A stretch of DNA of 64,000 nucleotides from a bacterium (GTDB lineage: Bacteria; Patescibacteriota; Minisyncoccia; Phycocordibacterales; Phycocordibacteraceae), in assembly GCA_021778295.1 (NCBI GenBank), contig JAJYCP010000002.1:3027-67026 (forward strand), written 5' to 3'. The notes beneath the pieces are model-generated. The model was given only the letters and a program-made list of their open reading frames with translations. It was not told the origin of the DNA and did not search any database. Each line of letters opens with the position of its first letter. The stretch's first letter is position 1. A program made the position numbers and the translations under genes. This document shows, in pieces, positions 15,135-23,250 of the stretch.

Positions 15135-15546
15135 GTTGCGGGGGCCGGAATCGAACCGGCGTCTGGAGGTTCTTTTACACCTGCTGTTTCCAACTGGAAT
15201 GGACTATACCACAATCCCATAAGGACTCTCCCATTATAGTCTCTGAACCTTTCCAGTCTCACTTTCCAGAGTTGCTTTTGCTCGGACTATACGTCCTCGC
15301 TTCCGCACTCTGTTGTTCGCCTCCCCCATAAGAATGGGGGGAACCCCCGATAAATGAAACTAGACTTGGCTGCTGATTGCCGAATCTTCTTGTTTTTTAG
15401 GCGTTCGCGCTCATCCTTTCGGATCACGCTGTAGCACAAGAAGCTCTAACGGTATTCCAGCAATTTAGAGAGTTTTTCCACTATCCGTTACCGGATAGGG
15501 TCACGTTTTCACATGAGCCTCCCGAGGTACCTCTCCTCTACCCCGC
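15135..15546 (-). tRNA. initiator tRNA-fMet (anticodon CAT) interrupted by a group I intron; exons 15512..15546 and 15135..15170
   Basis: The joined exons give A-GCGGGG-TA-GAGG-AGAGGTA-CCTC-G-GGAGG-CTCAT|AA-CCTCC-AGAC-GCCGG-TTCGATT-CCGGC-CCCCGCA-A, a full cloverleaf. The 3' half CCGGCCCCCGCAA equals the E. coli tRNA-fMet 3' end. The 1:72 mismatch (A x A) and A11:U24 are initiator hallmarks. CCA is not encoded. Confidence 0.8.
15171..15511 (-). ncRNA. group I intron (IC3-like, no ORF) in the anticodon loop of tRNA-fMet
   Basis: The 5' exon ends in U (CAU|) and intron nt 9-11 GUG can pair with CAU including a G.U pair (P1). Other elements: P2 CUAUCCG-GUAA-CGGAUAG (GNRA loop); P3 CUCUCU/GGAGAG; J3/4 AAA; P4 UUGCUG/CAGCAG followed by AGCCAAG; GGAAUACCGUUAG (compare GGGAAACCUAAG of IC3 introns); CAGAGACUAUA...UAUAGUC (P7). 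The last intron nucleotide is G. Confidence 0.75.
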
Positions 15547-15601
15547 TACGGGCAAGTATAGGAAATTCCCGATGACAACGCAACTGTACCAAAAAACGCT
15601 C

Positions 15602-16186
15602 CTAAATGATTTTGAATTCGCGGAAGACGGACTCGTAGCGGGCGAGGGTGCGGCGGGCGAGCGTTTCGGAAAGAGCGAAAGCGGAACCTTCATGCGCTAT
15701 CTGGTTGCGCACTTTGTGCGCCTCCCACGCATCCTGGAGCGTATTGAAATCTGCCGGTTCGACTGCTTTAAGCTTCTCACCGACGCCCTCGCCCGCATAT
15801 CCCTGTTCGGTGAGCATGTCGTCAAGCATGATATCGGCCTCGATAATCGCCTCGCGCCACGCGCTTGCATTTGCGCCGTTCCCGAGCGATTCGATGTGCA
15901 GCCAGCGCCGGTTCATGCCGCCCTCCGCCTCCGGTGCAAGAAGCAGCGTGCCGTACTGTTCCTCTTCGCGCTCACGAAGCTCGAAAAGACGTATCATCGC
16001 ATACACGATGACGAAAAGTCCTATGACCGAGAGCGCGTAGCCGACGATGATGATCCAGAGCCAAAGGTGTGTGAGAAAAGTCTGAAACACCGAATAGTCC
16101 GCCGACCCATGCGCGCCATAGAAAAGATCGTAGATGAGGCGGAAAAAATACTCGACGTTTATCTGCGTAGCGGGAGTGGTGGACAT
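15602..16186 (-). CDS. hypothetical membrane protein with a DUF4145-like C-terminal helical domain
   Basis: 194 aa with two N-terminal TMs (LWLWIIIVGYALSVIGLFVIVYAMI). The C-terminal part WEAHKVRNQIAHEG resembles the RN..AH motif of DUF4145. Confidence 0.5.
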   Translation of the reverse strand: MSTTPATQINVEYFFRLIYDLFYGAHGSADYSVFQTFLTHLWLWIIIVGYALSVIGLFVIVYAMIRLFELREREEEQYGTLLLAPEAEGGMNRRWLHIESLGNGANASAWREAIIEADIMLDDMLTEQGYAGEGVGEKLKAVEPADFNTLQDAWEAHKVRNQIAHEGSAFALSETLARRTLARYESVFREFKII

Positions 16187-16210
16187 CGCTTTCAGTATAG
16201 ACGAGATGCG

Positions 16211-17644
16211 CTAGGCGCCGCGTGCTTTCTCCACTGTAGCGCCGAGGGCAAAAAGCGCGTCCTCCGTCTGGTGCGGCGCGGTTAAATGCAGGCCGACAGG
16301 CAATTGTTTTCCTGTACGCTCCACGAAACCCATCGGAACGGAGAGCGCCGGCATACCGGTAAGGTTCGCAGTCGCCGTGAAAATGTCTTCGAGATACATC
16401 GAGAGCGGATCGCTCTTTTCACCGAGAGCGAATGCCGGCGACGGCGTCGTCGGGAAAGCGATGATATCGGTTTTTTCAAACGCTTTTTCGTATTCGCGGC
16501 GCAACACGCGGCGTGCGGCGTCCGCTTTGTAGTAATACGCGTCGATGTAGCCGGAGGACAGCACGAAGGTGCCGAGCAAAATGCGACGAAGCGTTTCTTC
16601 CCCAAACCCGCTCGTGCGCGAGAGAAGGTAGTCGTCGAGCAGTGTCTCGCCGCGCACTGCGTGCCCGTAACGGATACCGTCAAGCCGCGCAAGGTTGGTC
16701 GAGACTTCCGCAGGCATGAGCACGTAATACGCCGCGAGCGCGTAGGCGCTCATCGGCAACTCTAGGTCGATAAGCGTATGTCCGGCGTCTTTCAGCTGCT
16801 CCAGTGTCGCATCAAATGCGACGCGTACGTCGGCATCAACGCCTTTCTCCAGAAGGTGCCGCGGTACGCCGATACGGAATTTCTCCGGAATGCCGCGTGC
16901 CGGATAGAGACCGGCGGGAATCGTCGTCGCGTCAAGGGGATCGCGCCCGACAATCGTCTCGTAGAGAAAGCGGGCATCCTCCACTGTTTTTGTGAGAGGG
17001 CCTATCTGGTCGAGCGAGGAGCCCATCGCTATGAGTCCCGAACGCGAGACGGCGCCGTAGGTCGGTTTCAGTCCCACCAGTCCGGTGTGCGCGGCCGGCT
17101 GACGAATGGAGCCGCCGGTGTCCGAGCCGAGCGCCGCAATAGCGAGGTGCGCGGCAACGACGGCGGCGGAGCCGCCGGAAGAGCCGCCGGGCACACGGTG
17201 CGTATCATGCGGATTTTTTGTCGGACCATACGCGGAATGCTCGGTGGAAGAACCCATCGCGAACTCGTCCATGTTGGTGCGCCCGAGGAAAAGCGCCCCT
17301 GCCTCTTTCAGCTTCTTCACGACAGTCGCATCGTAGGTCGCGCGATAATTCTCAAGCATCCTTGAGCCGGCGCTCGCAATCTTTCCTTCTATCAGAATAT
17401 TGTCCTTCATCGCGAGCGGGATGCCGCAGAGAAGCGGCGCGGCGGAGCCGTCGGTATCGATGCGCTTTTGGGCGGCGGCAATCGCCGCATCATCGGCGTC
17501 AAAAATTTCAAGAAATGCGTTCAGTTCCGGATTGCGCGCGGCCGCGGCGGCCGCGCACGCGTCCCACAGCGCGCGTACGGTGAATTCTCGCGCGCGCAGC
17601 GCGCGGGCCGCTTCCGCTATCGTCAGTTCATTTAGTTTAGCCAT
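16211..17644 (-). CDS. gatA: Asp-tRNA(Asn)/Glu-tRNA(Gln) amidotransferase subunit A
   Basis: 477 aa with the amidase signature GGSSGGSAAVVA and the ...KDNI... block. Overlaps gatC by 8 nt. Confidence 0.95.
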   Translation of the reverse strand: MAKLNELTIAEAARALRAREFTVRALWDACAAAAAARNPELNAFLEIFDADDAAIAAAQKRIDTDGSAAPLLCGIPLAMKDNILIEGKIASAGSRMLENYRATYDATVVKKLKEAGALFLGRTNMDEFAMGSSTEHSAYGPTKNPHDTHRVPGGSSGGSAAVVAAHLAIAALGSDTGGSIRQPAAHTGLVGLKPTYGAVSRSGLIAMGSSLDQIGPLTKTVEDARFLYETIVGRDPLDATTIPAGLYPARGIPEKFRIGVPRHLLEKGVDADVRVAFDATLEQLKDAGHTLIDLELPMSAYALAAYYVLMPAEVSTNLARLDGIRYGHAVRGETLLDDYLLSRTSGFGEETLRRILLGTFVLSSGYIDAYYYKADAARRVLRREYEKAFEKTDIIAFPTTPSPAFALGEKSDPLSMYLEDIFTATANLTGMPALSVPMGFVERTGKQLPVGLHLTAPHQTEDALFALGATVEKARGA

Positions 17645-17933
17645 GGTGGATGACTTGCTTCACCGAAAGCGCGTCGCCCTCGCGTGCCGGAAATTGCGCG
17701 GCAAGCTTTTCGGTATAGGCGCCTCCTTTGTGCGGCGTACCGTCCGCGCGCATGACATTGCGCAGCGGCGACTTCTCTTTCTCAGAACTCTGTTTGATGT
17801 CAAGCGCCTCAAGCTGTCCGACGTATGCGAGAATCGCATCGAATTCACTCGCAAATTTGGCGAGTTCTCCGTCGGGCAGAGAGATGCGCGCGAGGGCCGC
17901 GAGTTTCTTCACGTCTTCTGTCGTTGCCATCAC
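17637..17933 (-). CDS. gatC: Asp-tRNA(Asn)/Glu-tRNA(Gln) amidotransferase subunit C
   Basis: 98 aa. VKKLAALARISL.DGELAKFASEFDAILAYVGQL..LD is typical GatC. Lies directly upstream of gatA. Confidence 0.9.
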   Translation of the reverse strand: MMATTEDVKKLAALARISLPDGELAKFASEFDAILAYVGQLEALDIKQSSEKEKSPLRNVMRADGTPHKGGAYTEKLAAQFPAREGDALSVKQVIHHG

Positions 17934-17942
17934 CGCACTCTA

Positions 17943-19967
17943 TCACGCCCTCAGCTTCTTGAGGAACTCCGCCTCTTCAACGATCGGAACGCCAAGCCGC
18001 CGTGCCCGATCGAGCTTCGAGCCCGCGGCTTCTCCAACAACGACAAAGGACGTTTTCGATGAAACCGTCGCGGCCGCTTTGCCGCCCGCCCTCCGCACGG
18101 CTGTCTCGGCTTCTTCGCGCGAGAGGGTTTTGAGCGTGCCGGTAACGACAACGGTCTGTCCGGTGAGCGGGCCTTTTGGCGGCGCGATGACCTTGCGAAT
18201 GACGAGATGCTTCTCAAGACGAGCAAGGAGCGCGCGGTTGCCTTTATCCGCACACCACGCGGCGACCGCACCCCCGATAATGGGACCGATGCCATCGGTG
18301 CGCACGAGCACTTCCTCGCGTGCCGCGGCAAGTGCGGCAAGCGTCTTAAAACGAGCCGCGAGAAGGAACGCGGTCTCTTCGCCCACATGCGGGATCCCGA
18401 GACCGACAAGCAGCCGGTCGAGCGCCACGTTCTCGGACGTTTTTATCGCTTTGATCAGCTTGTTCGCTTTCGTCTCTTCAAAACCTTCGAGTCCGAGCAG
18501 CTCGTCTTTAGTCAGGTCGAATATATCGTCGAAATCGGAAATGAGATCGTGCTCCATGAGCAGTCGTACCGTCTTCTTTCCCATGCCCTCGATATCAAGC
18601 GCGCTTTTACCGGCGAAATGGATGAGCCGCCGCGCCTGCTGTTCGAAAGAACCCGCCTCTTTGCACCGGTGCGCCGCCTCCCCTTTCACGCGTTCGATGC
18701 TTCCATCGCCTCCGCACAATGCCGAATGCGTCGGGAAATGCCATGCTTTCGCGCCCTGCGGACGCAACTCCTTCACGACCGAGACTATCTCGGGGATGAC
18801 GTCGCCCGCTTTCTGCAAGATGACGGTATCGCCGACGCGAATATCTTTTTCTTTTATGAAATCCTCGTTGTGAAGCGTCGCGCGGGCAACGATGGTGCCC
18901 GCAACCGCCACGCTGCGCACATGCGCGATTGGCGTGAGCTTCCCCGTGCGCCCGACCTGGAGCGTTATGTTTTCGATTACCGTCTCGACCTGCTCCGGCG
19001 GAAATTTGTATGCGATGCCGAAGCGCGGCGCTTTACCGGTATAGCCGAGCGACTCCTGTACCCTTCTTGACTCGACCTTGAGCACGATGCCGTCAATCTG
19101 ATAGTCGACTGTCTCGCGCGGCGTCAAAGATCCCGAGCGAAGCGAGGGACTCCCTTTCCACTTTCGCCAGTACGCAAAAACCTCTTCGAGCGAGTCGGCG
19201 TGCTCGTGTTCCCGGTTGACGGGCAAACCGAGCGCCGCGAGGTAGGCGAGCTCATCGCTCTGGGTCTCGGGAAATGCTTCCGTGGTCGCCGCAAGGTCGT
19301 ATACGAAGACGCCGAGCGGGCGTCCTGCCGCGACGTTCGGATCAAGCTGGCGAATGGAACCGGCGGCGGCGTTACGGGGATTCGCAAAAAGCGGCTCGCC
19401 GAGCTCTCGGCGCGCGGCGTTCAGATTCGCAAAGCCGGAGCGCGCGAGGTACACCTCGCCCTCAGCGACGAGATCAACGGGGCGTGCAAGACGTTTCGGT
19501 ACTTCGGAAATCGTGCGGATGTTATGCGTCACGTCTTCGCCGACCACGCCGTCACCGCGCGTCGCTGCGGTGATGAGTATGCCTTTCTCGTAGGTAAAGA
19601 CGATTTTGAGACCGTCTATCTTGAGTTCAAGGTCGTAGGAAGGGATCGCGCCGCTCGCTTTGCGCACGCGAGCGTCAAACGCGCGAACATCTTCTTCCGT
19701 AAAGGCATCGTTGAAAGACCACTGCGGGACCGCGTGGCGGACTTTTTTAAGGAACGGTACGGGCGCGCCTGCGACAACTTGCGTCGGCGAGTCGGGTGTT
19801 ACGAGCTCGGGGTATCGCTCTTCGAGCTGTGCGAGCTCGTATTTGAGCGAATCGAGCGCATCGCTCGACACCAGCGACACGTCTTGCTCGTGCTGAAGTG
19901 CACGGTATTTCGTTATCGCAGAGCGAAGTTTCGCCACACGCGCCCTCGTTTTCCGTGGAACAGCCAT
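17943..19967 (-). CDS. ligA: NAD-dependent DNA ligase
   Basis: YDLELKIDG (adenylation KxDG), a Zn-finger Cys cluster (CGG...C), HhH repeats and a C-terminal BRCT (TGQTVVVTGTL). Start moved to ATG 19967, which removes the overlap with the upstream gene. Confidence 0.95.
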   Translation of the reverse strand: MAVPRKTRARVAKLRSAITKYRALQHEQDVSLVSSDALDSLKYELAQLEERYPELVTPDSPTQVVAGAPVPFLKKVRHAVPQWSFNDAFTEEDVRAFDARVRKASGAIPSYDLELKIDGLKIVFTYEKGILITAATRGDGVVGEDVTHNIRTISEVPKRLARPVDLVAEGEVYLARSGFANLNAARRELGEPLFANPRNAAAGSIRQLDPNVAAGRPLGVFVYDLAATTEAFPETQSDELAYLAALGLPVNREHEHADSLEEVFAYWRKWKGSPSLRSGSLTPRETVDYQIDGIVLKVESRRVQESLGYTGKAPRFGIAYKFPPEQVETVIENITLQVGRTGKLTPIAHVRSVAVAGTIVARATLHNEDFIKEKDIRVGDTVILQKAGDVIPEIVSVVKELRPQGAKAWHFPTHSALCGGDGSIERVKGEAAHRCKEAGSFEQQARRLIHFAGKSALDIEGMGKKTVRLLMEHDLISDFDDIFDLTKDELLGLEGFEETKANKLIKAIKTSENVALDRLLVGLGIPHVGEETAFLLAARFKTLAALAAAREEVLVRTDGIGPIIGGAVAAWCADKGNRALLARLEKHLVIRKVIAPPKGPLTGQTVVVTGTLKTLSREEAETAVRRAGGKAAATVSSKTSFVVVGEAAGSKLDRARRLGVPIVEEAEFLKKLRA

Positions 19968-19996
19968 ATATCGCCCACTATAGCAGTCCGGGGATT

Positions 19997-20521
19997 CTAG
20001 TAGTGGGCGCTGATGCCGCGGGACACGAAGCGCGTTCCTCCGGGACTTGCCACCGTAGCGCACGAAACATTGTAGCCTTGCGAGAAGAGATATGTCGTGC
20101 CGGCACCGAGCGCCGGCTTATAGACCGTCACATCCGCACAATGCGCTCCCGAATCGAGCGAGAGGCGCGTGGCGATGACCCACTGGCTTGAAGTATAGGA
20201 GAGCACGGTCGCAGAGACCGGCGCAGTGGTACCACAGGACATGAGGGGCGCTGTGGTGGTCGCGGTTGGAGGATAGGCGAAGAGATTCTGCTGCTGATCG
20301 GCATACAAGGCGCATTCAAGCGCGCTGTCGGCGGCATAAAACGCATACTGGGATTCGATGGCCGAAGAAGCGAGCACTTGTTGCTTGTACGCAAGAGAGC
20401 CGAGCGTGAGACCGATACTCAACATCACCGACATGAAAATGAGAGCCATGAGGAGCGCGAACCCTCGTCGAGACGCAGAGGGGCGCGTTTGCGCGATGTT
20501 ATTTTTGTTTTTCATTGCCAT
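19997..20521 (-). CDS. minor pilin-like protein (PilX-like hydrophobic N-terminus)
   Basis: MAMKNKNNIAQTRPSASRRGFALLMALIFMSVMLSIGLTLGSLAY... Last gene of the pseudopilin run. Start moved to ATG 20521. Confidence 0.6.
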   Translation of the reverse strand: MAMKNKNNIAQTRPSASRRGFALLMALIFMSVMLSIGLTLGSLAYKQQVLASSAIESQYAFYAADSALECALYADQQQNLFAYPPTATTTAPLMSCGTTAPVSATVLSYTSSQWVIATRLSLDSGAHCADVTVYKPALGAGTTYLFSQGYNVSCATVASPGGTRFVSRGISAHY

Positions 20522-21282
20522 GACGTAAGGTGGTCCATTACCGTAACCGTGTACGGGATACCGTGGAAACTCCACGTCACAGTCGAGACGATGCGCTCCT
20601 CGGTAGAAGAGACCGTGAACGCTTGTATCGTGCGCGTGAACGGCTGCAGTACCGCGCCATTGCCGCTCTGCTCGGTGTAGTAGTTCGTCGTGCCGTTGTT
20701 CGCGAGATAGAGTGGCGTACAAGCGCTGCCGGTACAAGGGCTGAGTGAGAAACCGCTTCCGGTGCCCATCGGAAGCGTCGGATCGAGCGTGCAGGTCATC
20801 GAACGGCATTGGGTAATGGCCGCGCTGTCCGTGCCGGTAAGAAAGTCGGTCCAGGCGGCGCTTGAGGTGTTTGTACCGCCCGCCTGATACGCGAGGAGAT
20901 ATTCATCATCGCGCATAGCGCGCACGTACTCGACGCCTTCTTGTGCGAGATAGGAAGCGGTGAGCTGGTAGCGTGCGCCTTCTGCGGCAACGATAGCGCG
21001 ATCCGCGCCGAACAAAGGCCCCGCAACCGCAAGCGCAAGGATGCTCACGGCAATCATGGCTTCGATAAGCGTGAAGCCGCGGAGCTGGATTTGCTCCCTG
21101 AAGCTTATTTCAAAACTCCCGCGAAGGGTATGCGGCAGAAAGGAGTACGCCGTCTTTTTCTGCTGAAAAAGCGGCTCGCTCTCGCCCCGTCGGGCTCCGA
21201 GAGCCTCTTTCTGCCGCATACCCTTCGCGTCGCCGGAAGGTTTGAGATGGGTTTCAGACTCGTAGAGTGTTTTCATACTCAT
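20512..21282 (-). CDS. type IV minor pilin-like protein with a repeat-element-encoded extended leader
   Basis: Mature part G|FTLIEAMIAVSILALAVAGPLF. ATG 21282 overlaps the stop of the upstream pilin gene (ATGA). Residues ~9-62 of the leader are encoded by the MITE-like repeat at 21098..21257. No ATG/GTG/TTG exists in frame between the repeat and the G|F cleavage motif. Confidence 0.65.
   Translation of the reverse strand: MSMKTLYESETHLKPSGDAKGMRQKEALGARRGESEPLFQQKKTAYSFLPHTLRGSFEISFREQIQLRGFTLIEAMIAVSILALAVAGPLFGADRAIVAAEGARYQLTASYLAQEGVEYVRAMRDDEYLLAYQAGGTNTSSAAWTDFLTGTDSAAITQCRSMTCTLDPTLPMGTGSGFSLSPCTGSACTPLYLANNGTTNYYTEQSGNGAVLQPFTRTIQAFTVSSTEERIVSTVTWSFHGIPYTVTVMDHLTSWQ
21098..21257 (-). 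repeat. MITE-like palindromic repeat, copy 1 (left terminus degenerate)
   Basis: ...ATTTCAAAACTCCCGCGAAGGGTATGCGGCAGAAAGG...CCTCTTTCTGCCGCATACCCTTCGCG...GTTTGAGATGGGTTTCAG aligns along its full length with 45639..45796, 41131..41274 (inverted) and 53310..53468 (inverted core). Confidence 0.85.
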
Positions 21283-21797
21283 ATGTCGGAGCCGCGCATC
21301 GTCGCGCCGGTCTCAATGGTAAACGGTTCTGTTTTCCCCGGGCCGGAAGAGACGGTGCCCGAAACGATGATGGTAACGCGCGCTTGTTGGTAATCGGTCG
21401 GCGCCGGATGCGTACCAAACGCATAGAACGTCAAGGACGAAATAGTCACCGAGGGGTCGGTAAGCGTGCTTGCCGTATTGCCCGTCATTTTTTGGACCGC
21501 GGATCCGACGAGACTGTAGGTGACCGGCGTTCCGTTATCGTCCACGAGAGAAAAACTGCTCGCGCCATTTGGACAATCGCCCAGGCCGCCGCAGTTATAG
21601 TTCGTTCCGGTACGGATGCTGCGCGTCATGCTCTCAAGGGCGAAAGAAAGGTTGTCGATACCGGTGGAAATTGCCTGCGCTTGCCGATTGGCGCCGATCA
21701 GAATGAGGTAGGCGCCCGAAGCCAGCAGCATAATAAGCGAAAAGAGTCCCATCGCGACAATGAGTTCGATAAGCGTGTAGCCTTTGGAGCGGATCAT
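21279..21797 (-). CDS. type IV minor pilin-like protein
   Basis: MIRSKG|YTLIELIVAMGLFSLIMLLASGAYL. ATGA overlap with the upstream gene (start 21797; ATG 21803 is an alternative). Confidence 0.8.
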   Translation of the reverse strand: MIRSKGYTLIELIVAMGLFSLIMLLASGAYLILIGANRQAQAISTGIDNLSFALESMTRSIRTGTNYNCGGLGDCPNGASSFSLVDDNGTPVTYSLVGSAVQKMTGNTASTLTDPSVTISSLTFYAFGTHPAPTDYQQARVTIIVSGTVSSGPGKTEPFTIETGATMRGSDI

Positions 21798-22459
21798 GGG
21801 CATGAGAGGGCGGTCGCGTTTATTTCTCCCGACGCGCCCACTGAAACGAAACGCGAACCGCCCTGCGGGGAGGAAAGAGTGAGGCATGCTTGCGTTACGG
21901 GAGATGACGCTGAATACGCGCCATTTACGCTCATGAACGGATCGGGGTTCGGACGCGAGAAAATAATATCGAGCGTCGAGAGCGCTTGGTTGCCGGAATT
22001 CGCGCACGACCACGACAGCGTGTTCGGCGTATAGGCGCAGAAATCACTCACTGTAATACCGTTCCCGAGCGTATAGCCGGTAACTTTCTCGCCCTGATTC
22101 GCCTCATATACGCAGTCGCCCGGGCGGGCGTTCGGAGAGGTCGGGTCGGCGATCGGGTGACAGCTTGTGGAGGAGGGCGGCGGGTAGGTGTCGGCAAAAA
22201 GCGTAAAGGAACCCGGCGTCGCTTTTTGGAAATCAAGGCCATATCCTGCGTTTGCTACGGTCCCGGCCACGCGATTGCCCAGGCCATACGTCTCGGCGCT
22301 GCGGAGCGTGAGCGCCACATCGTATGCGGTATTCGCAAGGATGAGCGTTTTATTGAAAGAGCTTTGGCTGGTCAGCACGACTGCGGTGATGATGATCATA
22401 ATCGCCAACACGACCAAAAGTTCGATTAGCGTAAAGCCACGATGATGAGAGGGTTCCAT
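21794..22459 (-). CDS. type IV minor pilin-like protein (GspH/FimT-like)
   Basis: MEPSHHRG|FTLIELLVVLAIMIIITAVVLTSQSSF. Confidence 0.8.
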   Translation of the reverse strand: MEPSHHRGFTLIELLVVLAIMIIITAVVLTSQSSFNKTLILANTAYDVALTLRSAETYGLGNRVAGTVANAGYGLDFQKATPGSFTLFADTYPPPSSTSCHPIADPTSPNARPGDCVYEANQGEKVTGYTLGNGITVSDFCAYTPNTLSWSCANSGNQALSTLDIIFSRPNPDPFMSVNGAYSASSPVTQACLTLSSPQGGSRFVSVGASGEINATALSCP

Positions 22460-23187
22460 TGAGTAAAGTACATGAGGAGGAAACCGGCGGCGAGGAAGGG
22501 TGCAAACGGTACCTCAACTCCCATTCTAGAACCTCGCGGTCTCCGTGCCAACACGACTATCCCTATAACCGCGCCGATCCAAAACGATGCAATGAACCCG
22601 GCGGGCGCGGCGGGGCCCGTAAGGAGCGCGAGACCGAACACAAATGGCGCGTCGGCGAGTCCCATCGCCCGTCCGCGCGAGAAGAAGTTGATGAGCGCCA
22701 AAAAGAGCGCGAAAGCGCCGGCGACCATAAGCGAGACGCCCAGCGCGCTCGTATCGTCCGCCAGGAAAAACCCCGCACAAGCGCTCGCAAGGACGAACGC
22801 TCCGAGGAGCGCGAACGGGAGTATCTGATGAGCAAGGTCGTAGAGGACGAGTGCGAGGAGCATCGAAAGCGAGAGGAGCATGAACGGCAGTGCGGCGGTA
22901 AAACCGATCTTGAGATATGCAAGCGCGAAAAGCCCTCCCAAGAGAAATTCCGCGAGGGGTCCGAGAAGTGAGAGGCGCGCGCTACAGCACCGCGCGCGGG
23001 CGCCAAGCGCGACGTACGAGATGATCGGGAAGAGTGACAATACCGAAAGCGGCGTGCCGCAGGCATCGCAACGGGAGCGTCCCGTGAGAAAACTCTGGCC
23101 GGTATGGAGACGCGCGACAAGCACGCCGAGGAAACTCGCTACGATAGCTCCGAGCACAAAAAATGAGATCGCAACAAGAAAAAGCAT
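22426..23187 (-). CDS. pilD: prepilin peptidase (A24 family)
   Basis: 253 aa, polytopic. N-terminal Cys pair region SRCDACGTPL...ISY, with conserved Asp-containing loops (LVLYDLAH, GLADAPF). Confidence 0.85.
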   Translation of the reverse strand: MLFLVAISFFVLGAIVASFLGVLVARLHTGQSFLTGRSRCDACGTPLSVLSLFPIISYVALGARARCCSARLSLLGPLAEFLLGGLFALAYLKIGFTAALPFMLLSLSMLLALVLYDLAHQILPFALLGAFVLASACAGFFLADDTSALGVSLMVAGAFALFLALINFFSRGRAMGLADAPFVFGLALLTGPAAPAGFIASFWIGAVIGIVVLARRPRGSRMGVEVPFAPFLAAGFLLMYFTQWNPLIIVALR

Positions 23188-23201
23188 GCATGCATCATAA
23201 C

Positions 23202-23230
23202 AGAAGCCCGCGGCACAGCCGCGGGCTTCT
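23202..23230 (-). terminator. hairpin between the major pilin gene and pilD (attenuator/terminator candidate)
   Basis: AGAAGCCCGCGG-CACAG-CCGCGGGCTTCT, a 12-bp GC-rich stem 21 nt downstream of the pilin stop. Confidence 0.5.
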
Positions 23231-23250
23231 TACGCGCGCACCGAAAAGAT

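Noticed and set aside
15135-15548. tmRNA (ssrA): a ~410-nt non-coding stretch starting GCGGGG and ending with a tRNA-like T-arm plus CCCCGCAA acceptor end.
   Set aside because: - The acceptor stem has no G3:U70 pair, which is universal in tmRNA.
- I found no convincing tag ORF ending in hydrophobic residues.
- The two ends, together with internal segments, form a complete four-arm tRNA with a CAU anticodon loop.
- The interior has group I intron core elements.

The intron-containing tRNA-fMet explains everything better.
21100-21240. A conserved peptide GMRQKEALGARRGESEPLFQQKKTAYSFLPH that recurs in ORFs 20512..21282, 41136..41375 and 53181..54068, which could be taken for a small protein family.
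   Set aside because: - The similarity is at DNA level and extends beyond the ORFs.
- It occurs in both orientations.
- It lies in intergenic or antisense contexts in most copies.
- The sequence is a nested palindrome.

This is a repeat element, not a gene family. Only the copy inside the pilin leader is plausibly translated.
20512-21282. Calling the repeat-containing minor pilin a pseudogene.
   Set aside because: The frame is uninterrupted from an ATGA-coupled ATG through the repeat to an intact G|FTLIE motif and a full-length C-terminal domain. It was kept as a CDS with reduced confidence and flagged as a finding instead.
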